A stretch of DNA of 59,778 bases, from NCBI GenBank assembly GCA_910592345.1, contig CAJVPI010000079.1:1-59778 (forward strand), in the 5' to 3' direction. The stretch comes from Paraglomus brasilianum (lineage: Eukaryota). Made by a program: the position numbers and the translations under genes. Shown here one piece after another: positions 29,724 to 41,619 of the stretch (within the stretch, counting starts at the first letter, position 1; each line of letters opens with the position of its first letter). Under the pieces are notes generated by a model that saw nothing but the letters and a program-made list of their open reading frames with translations, ran no database searches and was not told the DNA's origin.

Positions 29724-32700
29724 ATGATAACACGCGAGTTCGCTTTTGTCGATCAGGTGTACGTAAGTTGGACACCACTGTCTTGAACTATGGAACACAA
29801 ATGACTTGCAATCTTCCTGGCATATGTAATGCTTGATTCCCCGGAGATATTGGTATAGAAGAGTCCTCAAATCTCTCGATCAGAACTTGTTATAATAATA
29901 ATCACGTGTGGTTAACTCTAATTTGATAGGACCGTCTTATAATGTCAAATAAATTGCGAAAGGTAGATATTAATATGCTTGCTGGCTGGAGAGGTATTTC
30001 ACTGGCCTACGATTACTTGGCATGTCGAACATACAGTAACGTGGGCTTCACATATTAGTTAGTACGCGTTGTCAATCTGCCAGAAGGAGAGTTATTCAGT
30101 GACATGTGCCTTCAAGAAAAGCTAACGGTACTCAACTACTAAGAATAATTATGCTAGTCTGAATGTATGCTAATAAGTTATCTATTATAATAGAGCCGTG
30201 TTCTGATCGAAACATTTGATCCGATTTTAGATTGTCATCAACCGAATGAAGTATGTAAGAACAATACAAGCTATTTTCAATACACCGTTATATTTTAATT
30301 TAACTTCAACCCGTAGGCAAGAGTATCCGATAATCAATCTCTCGATGAATCGCTTGACTCGGATTCAACAATCAACTCGTCCAAACGATCAGCCGATTCT
30401 TCAAGTCAGACAGCAACTGATACGCTTAGCGTGGACACAAACGACACAAGGAAACGTTTAAAATGTCATGTTGTCGTGGAAGTGCCACCACTGAGAAAGG
30501 CTCGGAGTGCCTATGGCGACCCGGCCGCTAAATCCGCCAAGCATACGGAAACAACAGCGCTTAAGATATTGTATAGACAGAGTGAGCATGTCGACAGACA
30601 CCAGAAGTCAAGTAAAGATAATATGAAAACTAAGCATAAATCATCTGCAATCAATAATGAGAGCCTTAATGGAGATGGAGGGGAGGAAGAAGAAGAAGAA
30701 GAAGAAGAAGAAGAAGAAGAAGACTTGCCAACTTACGAAGAATTTAGTGTGAATAATTTTATTATATATGACCATGAATATGAGAAGGCTAATTTGTATG
30801 AATTACAAGAATTAGCCCAAGTAAAAGAGAGATTCTGGGATGGAACAGTATCCAATTGTGGCTCAAGTTTAGATTGCCAAAAGGTATGACATCGAACATT
30901 TGGAATGCGTATCATCTGATGGTCAATTATAATAATAACCACTCTTCACACTTAAATATCATTAGGTACTAATCCGCGAGTACTCAATCGGTGGCTATGG
31001 CACATCTACACATGACGTTACGGTCTGGTTTAAATCAACACATAGTAAACATACATGGTACAGAGCCCAGCAGCCCAGTCCAGAATATTCTAGGTTATGG
31101 CATACATTCTTATGGAAAGCACGTTTAGCAAAATATGTCCTCGATTGGGCAAGTTCGAATACCGAGGTGACATTTACCGATCTCAAGGATAACTTTTATA
31201 CATGGATCAGTAAACTGCGCGATGGAGACTGTGTCTTTCAACAATGGATTGGCGAGATGAATGGGAAACGTGATTTCCGTGCTGTTGTTGTCAATTGCAG
31301 CAGATTCATATGGACACAAGCATGGACGCTGGGAGATGATTATGTGAAGCTTAAATTCTTCCAGGGTAAGAAGTGAGATATAACACTAATGTCGCTAGGT
31401 GATAGACAGGAGCATTATATTTTGTCATACATATACTGTTTAATAACATATTTTGTATTATTGTTTTATTAATTGACGCTGACCTACGATAAAGACAGCA
31501 GCTTCGTTGAAGAGTATAACCACGGTGATAATGTAAGTCCCATCCCCGCCTTCTATAGTTTACGCTTTAGATGATATTTCTCATCTCTAATTACATAACC
31601 TATTTCTTTTAATCCCACGCAGAATAAATCCACAGAATGTACTATTGTCACTCCAAGAGTATACAGATGGTTTGCGAACGTATTTCCGGATTGCTTAGAA
31701 ATGATTGGTACGTCAATATATATGAAAAACCATATCCCTAGACATCAATTAACATAACCATTCCCATCGAAACAGAGGATCCCGTAAACTCTCCATGCGC
31801 TTCTGATGATGATATTACAGTACAAATAGAACAGACAGAAGATTATAGGTTAATAAACCATAATAATGGACATCCAATATTTATTGATCCAAATCTAGAT
31901 GGGCATACCTATAGGGGAGTCATAGTTGACGGGATAACAATATCTGTTGGAGAGGCTGTAGAGTTGAACGTAGATGAACGTGGTAAATGGGGTAGAGATG
32001 AAAGTCGATGGATATGGTAAGAGTCGAAATGGTTATATTTATCTTTTTCAAGCCTTCGAGTAATCACAGTATTAAAACGGAAATATTTTGATTATATCTT
32101 TTGAGTCTGATTACTGAATTGAAGCGCACATCAATTGATGACGGTGCTTTCAATCTTGTATGGCTATATACACGAAGACAGACATTTCTTCATCAAGTGG
32201 ACATAGACTGCCACCCCCAAGCAGAGAAAGAATTATTTCTTGCGTATCATTGTGAATGTCATACGCCTCAGTCGATATCTACGATCAAAAGGAAAGTAAG
32301 CGTTCTCTTTGGAGCAGATAGCTCTCCAGGTATATAAATGCATACATAATTGTTTGCTGTTCATTGTTGAAATGTAAATTTTACAATTGTTCACTTTATC
32401 TTCTCCAGATCTCGAAACAAGCTTCTTCTGTCGAATGATGTATGATATAAACGATGGGGCTTTTCTCACATTTAAGCCAGAGATGCTTCGATCTGTTTAT
32501 GGTAGTCGTCTCTGTGGCTGTTTGTCACCATTAAAATGTGTATTCGACGAATTCATATCCAAATATCAAGTTGGTGACTGTATAACTCTCAAACTTGATG
32601 TCTGCCAAGATGATATTTGTACAGTCTGTTACATTGAAGAAATCAATACCGAAGAAGAAGTGGCTATTTTAAGGAGATTCTTCAGGCCGTGGGAAATTTA

Positions 32701-35058
32701 TGAGCGAAAATCCGGAGATATCATTAATGAACTGTTATGGTCGAATTATTCATTCGAGTTTACTGCCTTTGAACAGGTAATCCGAAAGTGTCACATAGAG
32801 TTCATACTACGAAGCAGTATGATTACAATAGATGAACTTCCAATTAACTTGAGGCATCGTGGAGCTGGAGAGCATGTAAGAATATCTATTAATGAATGTG
32901 TCTTATTGACTATATAGAGTTCATTGATAATCGTTTATATAGTTTTTCTTTTGTAGGGAATATGACGTGGACACAAATGAGATTAGTTTTATCAAAATAT
33001 TCGAGTCCCAAGAGCATTTTCCACCTTATTATGAAAAGATTGAAACTTTTAAGAAATTAAAAGGGCTTGATCTATTTTGTGGTGGTGGATCATTAGGTCG
33101 GGGAGTCGAAGACTCTGGTTTTGTCTCTTGTAAATGGCAAGTATATTATATTGTTATTAAAATTTATATTTTAATCCCGTCCAAGCTGAGATCCTGAATT
33201 ATTACCGTCCCACGCAGGGCCATAGATAATGCTGAGGCAGCATGTAAAACTTACAAACAGAACGTCCAACACGAAGACATAACCATAATGAACGCTAGTG
33301 TAAACGTTGTATTGGTCGATGCAATTCTTGGTGAAGGTTGCACGTCAGCACCAAAGAAGGTCAGGATTTTACACATCTTGTCTGGCCAACTGGTCTTTGA
33401 TGATTAACATGGGTTTGATTGTTCTATTACTATAGGGCGAAGTGGATATAATATTAGCAGGCTCTCCATGCCAAGGATTCTCGCGTTTGAACTTGTATCC
33501 AAACAGTCCTCGTGCTCAAGCAAACAATTCCCTAATAGCTTCTTTTGCTTCGTTTGTTGATTATTATAAGCCGAGATTTTTGTTGTTAGAAAACGTTCCT
33601 ACATTGATTGGCTATGGAGGTATATTGGTTATCTTAGTTACGTTTAGCATTATTGAGTTTGACAGGAAATTCACTCCTCATCAAATACAAAAAGGCCAGG
33701 CAATATTTCCACGGTTAATTGCTTGTCTATTAGAAATGAAGTATCAAATCCGTTTTGGTCTTGTTTGTGCAGCCCATGTGGGTGGTGCACAAGAGAGAAT
33801 CCGTGTATTTATGTGGGGTGCTGGTAATTATTATGTTGACGTGGTAGTCCTCTGCATACTGCTATCTTTTATAAGTACTCTAATACAATGCCCATATCCA
33901 CCTAGCTCCAGGAGAGCAGCTACCACAGTTGCCACATCCATCACACAGGTTCCAAGGGAGACGTTTTCGTAAATATACGCTGAATCTCCCAAATGGTGAT
34001 CGGTGAGTCTCATATTGCAACCTACAAATCTGTCTTTGAAATTAAACTCACATAAATGCATATATATGTAGGTTAACTGGTCTTCCTGAAGACGAATATG
34101 CAAGCTTGCCTATGTTAACTGTAAAAGATTTTATAGGCGATTTACCATCTTTAGACACAGGGATATTTTGGTATCCTAGGTATCCTGATCACAGAGTAGA
34201 ATACATGAAAAGTAAATACACAGAACTTCTAAAATTAATACCAGTGGATACTTCTAAAGCCAACTATTTCAAAGCAAGAGAACTTGGTTTAGTACCCCCA
34301 CACTTGCAAGTGAAACTATTTGAGGAAAAATATAATCGACCAGAGATTCGAACAGGAAAAGCACCATGTCAGCGAGTAGCAGCTGATTATGTGTTTCCAA
34401 CTATTATAACCATGATGAGTGTGTACTGTGTTTAACATAAGATGCATTGATACTGTTTGTATGGCTGCAAGCTAACTTGAAACTCGGTTTGATTCCAAAG
34501 GAATTGATAGTCTCGCAGCTGAGGTTGTACACTACTTGGAACCACGAACACTGAGTGTTCGTGAAGCAGCCAGAGCACAGGGTAAAAAGAATCCTAACAC
34601 ATACTTTCTTTTTTTCTTTTTAAGGAAAAAAATTTTTTAACTAATTGTCCAACGAAATATATATAGGATTTTTGGATTCAGATATTGTGTGTGGTTCAAT
34701 TATTGATCAGCTCAAAATAATTGGGAATTCAGTACCAAGGAATGTTGCATTTGCCCTTGGGATACAATTAGGGGAAGCTTTGTTAAAGAAAACAAATACT
34801 GAAGAGGCAAACACTGAAGAGGCAAACACTGAAGAGACAAACACTGAAGAGGCAAACACTGAAGGGGCAAACACTGAAGGGGCAAACACTGAAGAGACAA
34901 ACACTGAAGAGACAAACACTGAAGAGACAAACACTGAAGAGACAAACACTGAAGAGACAAACACTGAAGAGGCAAACACTGAAGAGACAAACACTGAAGA
35001 GGCAAACACTGAAGAAATATATCCTGAAGAAATAGAAAACTTGATAGTAATAGATTAA
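29724..35058 (+). CDS. C5 cytosine DNA methyltransferase, DIM-2/DNMT1-like (RFTS-like + two BAH + MTase), multi-exon; start tentative
   Basis: Motif I LDLFCGGGSLG, IV AGSPCQGFS, VI LLENVP, VIII QERIRVF, IX RTLSVREAARAQGF, X IGNSVP. BAH segments VWLYTRRQT..KELFLAYHCEC and NELLWS. N-terminal PSPEYSRLWHTFLWKARLAKYV. Upstream exons are in frame from ATG 29724. Confidence 0.9.
34795..35019 (+). repeat. 15-bp coding minisatellite (NTEE[A/T]) x15 in the methyltransferase tail
   Basis: AACACTGAAGAG(G/A)CA units read directly. Confidence 0.95.
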
Positions 35059-36327
35059 TTTACAGGAATGAACAGGGCCATTATTATGATTATGTTATAT
35101 GACTTATTCATGAGGGTAATTTTATGATAATTGTCATAGCATAACGAAGGATAATATTGGCATACTTGATTTCAGAATTGAAGTTTATTTGTTTCCTTTT
35201 CATTTCCCTTTTTCTTTCAAACAGAGTAACATGTAATAAAAGATCGGTTTTGTGAAGTACATGGATGATTAATAACTACCAGTTACAGTTACACTTACTC
35301 TTTCATATTTGGAAAACCCAATTCTAAATTCATAGTTTTCAATAATTAGTAAAAGCTCATATTTGCTTCACATATTTTAGATTGTTCTGCGACAACCAGA
35401 CAAAGTGAACATAAGGTGAATCTGAAAGTTTTAATTATGAAAGTGAAAAGTTAAAAACAAGTGGATGCTACAATAATGAAAATTATCAACACATTATAAT
35501 TATTGAAATTTCAAACGATAAATCTGATCAATGAGTTAATGAACATTTCTATAATTATGATTTACTGCTCTTTTTTGCTAAAATTTTTCTAAACAGTCTA
35601 TACTAGAGAAGTTTGCCATTGAGGCCTAAATGCATTGTGGTTGGGGATTGGAACATCCTAACTATTTATCCACACCCTTTCGATCTCAAACTCCTATTGA
35701 AATTCAAGTTGGCATTGTGATTCAACGATTGGCAAATCCTAAACGTAGACGTACAAAAGGATTTTATTAAAATGTGCATTCTCTTCAGAAAAAACATTGA
35801 AGATTCAAAATCTTCCTCCGCAGTCAAGCGATCGACATTAATTTTAGAATAGTGATATCCGATGGAATTAATAAATTGAATAAGGGTGTAATAATGCGGG
35901 AGAGTAAAAATAATGCTTTGTCCGTATTTGGACATCTGCGGTTACTCGAAAATATTGAATTAAATTTCATCTACCGAAAAGCTTACCGAAGAACAACGGC
36001 AGACTGCGTAGATCATATCGTTGAGACGGGGTTAAACAAAGCTGACAAGCCAGTGCAACGTAATTGGATTATTTTATATTAAGTAGAATAACAAAATTAC
36101 TCTTATTTTTAAATTATTAATTATTTAATAACTGCGGTGGGGTGATTTCCTTTAATCGACGTGCTAACGTTGTGCGGACTTCACGTTTCCCGGTGAAGTG
36201 CATTCACTTCAAAAAGATGTTACACTCGATTAGTAAGAATTAGACGTAATATTTCCCAAATGACTTGTTATTAGTTATACGATGCAAATTAAAATTAAAA
36301 TTATATTATGTGGGTATTTATGTTATC

Positions 36328-36393
36328 AGTTGGGGACTTGTCTCAGTTCTAGGCTGAGACAACTGAGTTCTGGACTGAGACAAGTCCCAAACT
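36328..36393. repeat. Short foldback (~25-bp inverted repeat), probable mini-MITE
   Basis: GGGACTTGTCTCAGT ... ACTGAGACAAGTCCC perfect 15-bp core with extended near-matching flanks. Confidence 0.7.
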
Positions 36394-36510
36394 CAGAACA
36401 ACACTTCTGTCAATTTACTCCTCATGCGTCGACGTTTTCTTCATATACAGATTTTTATTCATTTCTAAAATTAGTCACATTATTTACCTATTACCAATCT
36501 ATTTTCGCCC

Positions 36511-38429
36511 CTACCGAAAAGCAGAAACCCTCTCTTCCTCTCGGAACCTCTTCTTGACCAAATCGACTACGCTCTTATCATACACCTCCTCAGGTGACGC
36601 ACTAATCTTTTCATGTGCGGCTGCTTCCTTTTTAGTCATCACGACGCAATTTTGAGGAGACAACGGTTGATTACGATCCCATCTTATGAGGGTTAGTTTG
36701 TCTATAGCAGAAGAGATAGCACTGCGGCCACGCCATATTTCTTCAAATATATAGCTTACATCGCGTTGGTATAGTGGTATTGTGCTTTAAAAGTATAGAA
36801 TTGGTAATACTGGATTAATAATTAATATTTATATAATTTGAGTATGCTATTACTCTTGTTGTTAATACTTACTCGTTCCCGAACAACTTCTTTTCCCTAA
36901 CTATCAATTCACGATGTAACCGCGCATAAAGTGCGTCACGATGTTTATGGAGCAGCGGTTCAATTTCATATCCTGAAATACTTGTTATAATATGCGTTGC
37001 AATGGTCATGCCGAATATTGCAGGAATTGTTCCTAAAATAAATCGATAGAATAGTCTTAGTAACGTCACTTGTATAAAAAGACCCACGTTAAGGTTCGTC
37101 ACTTACCTAATACAGGAAGTATCCTTGATCTGAAATCAGGTAATGTAGCATATTCATCTGCTGTCTCAATGCGTGTCTCGTCTGTCAAAGGCAAACGATT
37201 ATGTAAGCATCGTGATACAGTAGCTAATCACATATCATATCACGTGTTACACACCGAGTGGGAGCAACTTGATGTTTGGTTTCTCAGTGGAGTAAACAAC
37301 ATTGATCCCCGATCCTATGCCAAGTTTATGAAGTCTTCGGCGAACAGCCCTCGCAAGGGGATCCTCTGTGAGAGTACGTTGATAGACATGTAGATTGATG
37401 AGGACCAAGCGCGATATACACATCTGTCCAACGTCAACTCTTTACATACCTTTTGTCTCACTGATATCACTTATTTGAATGCGCGACGGATCTGCTTTTG
37501 CTCCTGCACCCATAGAACTCACGATCTAATAATGAATGAGTAACGATAATTTAATACAGTGTTTTACTCATTAAGTATCATTGTATTTTCTCCCAGTTAT
37601 TTATGTTACCCACCGGAAGCTTTTTATCGTAGCAATATTTTAACAGATGCAGCTTAGTGTCAATGTTGTCAATAGCGTCCACGATAAAATCCGGATTTCC
37701 TAATTAAAAAACACCTGACGAGTTGTACATCAATAAAGACGACAACGGCAATATGATTGTAATCATGGCTAAACCAATCAGCTTCTCTGCACGCGTCTCT
37801 TCTTTCGCACGCGTCTTTACAAGTCACAATGCAGACCCTAACAAATGCTCACCGCTTAACAATCGTTCAGCATTTGTTTCATCGAAACAATCAACCATGG
37901 CCTCAACGTTAGCCCACGGTACAATAGCTTTTGCATGCTTTTGCAGACAAACAACTTTTGGAGTCCCAACATCAGCATGCGTAGCAACCGAATGTCTATT
38001 TAAACTGCTCAAAGTCACTTGATCGAAATCAATCAGCCTGATCTTCTCCAAACCCGACCTCAACAACATTATCGCTGCCCATGATCCAACACCTCCGGCG
38101 CCAACTATGATCACGAATGATTTACGTAGCTTATCGATACCTTCCTCTCCTATGAAGACAATGTTGCGCGCGAGTTGTTCTTTGATTAAGGATTCATCAT
38201 ATCTTACAGGGAGGATGGGATGTCCGGTAATTGAGTGGGTGGATGCGACGGCAGGTGGGAGAGAGGAAAGCTCTTCCTTTAATGCGCGTGTACGAGAACT
38301 ACGTTGTGACCTTTGGTAAACATAAATTGATCCAGCAGTCAGCAGAGAGGCCGCAAGAGCTGTGACGGTTAGGTGGGATGAAGGGTGGTGGATAATGGTA
38401 GAGAGAATCGATTGAGACGATGATGACAT
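36511..38429 (-). CDS. tRNA threonylcarbamoyladenosine dehydratase (TcdA/Tcd1-Tcd2, ThiF family)
   Basis: TM N-terminus, YDESLIKEQLARNIVFIGEEG, VIIVGAGGVGSW, RLIDFDQVTLSSLNRHSVAT, PDFIVDAIDNIDTK, SSMGAGAKADPSRIQI, DFRSRILPVLGTIPAIFG. Stop at 36511. Confidence 0.9.
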
Positions 38430-38682
38430 GGATATTTTATAATTATAATCTGCCGCTCTTTTTTTCTATTATTTAAAATCGGAAAAAGTTTTGATGGGAC
38501 CTAATTACGTCATCATTTGCTAATTGGGAGATCATCATAGAATTTTCCCAAAAATATTAACGTTTGAAATATCCAGTGTCCAACTATAACTATTACTATT
38601 GGTAAATAAATCCCTTTGTCCTAATATGGAGCAGACTGTGTACAAGTCACATGGTGGCTTAGAGAGATGGTCGTTTTTGTAT

Positions 38683-39115
38683 TTACTAGTAAAACATGGA
38701 ATGTCTTTCTTTTCAAAAATCTCTCCTGCCCATGTATTATGCGAAGGATAATAATTTTTGTATGGTTCGGAAGCTAATTGATTGTGCGTTTCGAAAAATA
38801 ATAACAAAAAAATTGTATATACTATCGTTATAAAGCGGTAGCAAGTTGAAGTAGCTGTCTTTAAATCACGATATGAAAATCTATAATTATGTATACGTAC
38901 ACGTATACTCACACTTCATCAAGCCACCGATTTATAATGATAATATATACAATTTTTTGTTATTATTTTTCGAAACGCACAATCAATCAGCTTCCAAACC
39001 ATACAAAAAAAATATTATCCTTCGTATAATACACATGGGCAGGAGAGATTTTTGAAAAGAAAGACATTCCATGTTTTACTAGTAATATTTCGTGGTGATC
39101 ACTCATTTCTGGCAG
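38683..39115. mobile_element. Foldback MITE with ~170-bp inverted arms
   Basis: 38683-38850 is the reverse complement (with mismatches) of 38913-39085. A third arm copy at 9703-9883 ends CTG|TA. Confidence 0.85.
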
Positions 39116-39159
39116 GATTGCCTTATTATTATTGGTCTGTCAAAACTAGATATTAAATA

Positions 39160-39420
39160 CAGTGTGGGACAAAAAAACCCGAATTACAAAATTACACATT
39201 ACAGAACCAATAGTGCAAATAAGATGGATTTTATGTCATTTGAAAGCTGAAAACCAGCAGATTTTATTGGAAAAATTAGTATGGAGTGCGTTCACCTGTT
39301 ACTTTCTATGATTATCGTACTAACCCAATTAGGGTTGATTCCCATATTTTTAACAATACTCCAGAGTAATCGACCTAAAATTGGGAGATATGCACGATTG
39401 AAAAATTCTGTCCCACACTA
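39160..39420. mobile_element. Tc1-type MITE (~260 bp)
   Basis: TA|CAGTGTGGGACA ... TGTCCCACACTA terminal inverted repeats, non-coding interior. Confidence 0.75.
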
Positions 39421-41619
39421 CATGCATTGGAGAAGAAAAAGAATGCACAGCATTACTGGCTTTGTTTCTTCCTTTGTAATGATACAGCATTATAGGATAG
39501 GTATGCTAGTACTGGCTTTCTATCGTCATGCCAATTAAACGTACGAAATTAAAATAGAACAATGTGTTCAAGTATGACAAGCAAATGTAAAAAGAATGTT
39601 GTTGTTGTCTAATATGGTAAGGTTACGTCACCCAAAATTCTATTAATTGCAACCTCCTTACAGTCACATATCACGTCGAACACGTACCCTAACAAGACTG
39701 CCCATTGATTACGGCACGATCAAGACTTACATTAATCGTGTTACGAAGATGGTGATAAATGTTGTTATTATCAGAAGCCTGTTGTGTTTAGATTGATTCG
39801 CAAGCTTAACTTCAAGACGATCGATGCCTGATGTTCATATTTTTCCTTTTGTTCATTAAATATAAGACCGGGAAAATAACCCGCTCCTAATTTTGGGGTC
39901 GGTGATCTAACGATCAGGTTCCATAATATTTTTAAAGTTTTCAATACGGCCTAATAATGTTGGGCCTAGATGTGAAGCTGTTTTATCATCTTAGTCTCTC
40001 AATAGTATAGAGAATTTCAATTGAGTCTCCAATTGGTTGGGTCATAGCAATGATAGTAATAGTAGGACACCATTTACAATCGCACTCTTCCAACGACATG
40101 TTTCCCGTTACTGTGTGTAATTAATATGATAAAAATATGCATATTAAATCTATATATACCTTTGCTCGCAGTAACATGCAATGTATTTAGCGCTATGGCC
40201 TCTCTCTCACAACATTACAAAGGCATTGGCAAAGGAACTATAGATGTACTGTATTTGGAATTTTGTCGGCCCGTGGCTGTAAGGAAGGGGGTAAAGATCT
40301 GCATAAGGTTTTAGTAAGAAACAAGAAAATGGTAAGGGTCGAGTTCAACGTAAATAGGATAATCTGTGTGTCGAATATTCAATTTAAATGATGATTAAAC
40401 AATTTTTTGAAACGTTATTGTACGACACCGTGTTCTGAGACTGATATTAAGCAAGATAAAAGGAAGTGGTCAACGAACATTGATGTAGTTACAAACGTTG
40501 TATTATTAATCTATCCGACAGCAATTCGATATAGCTCAGTGACAAAAATGCCAGGGCTTTTCCAACCGATTTTATCTTTTGGAACTCGAGAACTCGGTGT
40601 TTTTCGCACCGCGTCAAATTTGAAAGAAGCAATTCCACCGCTTCGACGTCGTATTTTCTAATTACACCAGATACTAATAATAAACAAAGCTAATCAAAAC
40701 CGGCTGGGTCTTTATATAATATGGCGTCCTTTTCAATCGACTAGCTAGTCAAAACCGGACGTACTAAACCTTCCCGTTCGGATCAACACGCAAAGAGGCC
40801 GAACCAGTGAGAGACTTTTAAAGATCATTTAACGAAGCCCTCCCTGCAAGTTTGTGTGACATTATATGTCGGCAGTTATCGAAAATGCAGGTCGTTTCGT
40901 TAGTGATGATGTCTTATATATAACGTGGCAAAGGGACACTGATATAGGAATCCTTACATATTCGACTTGAACCATATTATTTATTAACTATTACTATTAA
41001 TTATAATACAGACTTGAGACATGTAGGTTTATCTTTCCAAATATGCATAACGAATGTAACGGTGACATAAACAAATTGGGCATCACTTACGTTTGAAATG
41101 TTTCAGAACGCTGAAACAAATACAGACTAATTAATGTAAATGTGTTCGACTGTCCAATGATTAATTATATGGCTTGCTGTTGTGACTGCGCACGAATGAA
41201 ACAGTAAAACATTGCTATATCCGCTTGGTTTATAATAAACCAATTTCACAACCCAACCGAATAATGCACAATAATAACTGACTATGACTCGTTGTGGTTA
41301 ATTAACATCAAAGCTAGTAGTCATTCATTCCGGCTTTTCGTTTCGTAAAGGTTGCATATTACCTCTTTAATACTGAAGTGCCACAAACCTCATTTTATTG
41401 CACAATTTCAATGAAGCTTTTTACCCCACTACATATATATCTTGACCACTTATTTTTTATCCTTCCTTAAGCTAAAAGCAACCCACACTCTTTACCTTCC
41501 CATAGTCATTTCTCTTCCTCGCAACCTTTCGAGGGTTTACAAATACCATTTACTGGTGTTGAATAAACTCCATATTCTGCTTGGTGCTATAACTCGCTGC
41601 TAATCTATTTGCTGGTCGA

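Noticed and set aside
34707..35009. Minus-strand ORFs (VFASS)n and (LQCLS)n
   Set aside because: Antisense shadows of the NTEEx minisatellite.
34795..35019. Possible CRISPR-like array
   Set aside because: Head-to-tail tandem units without unique spacers, in a eukaryotic coding context.
26782..35058. Nuclease plus DNA methyltransferase as a restriction-modification-like pair
   Set aside because: EndoG/Nuc1 is a non-specific mitochondrial nuclease and the MTase is DNMT1/DIM-2 type. An unrelated gene lies between them, so adjacency is likely chance.
35260..36230. Possible TE debris between the methyltransferase and Tcd genes
   Set aside because: No TIR, TSD or protein motif identified with confidence.
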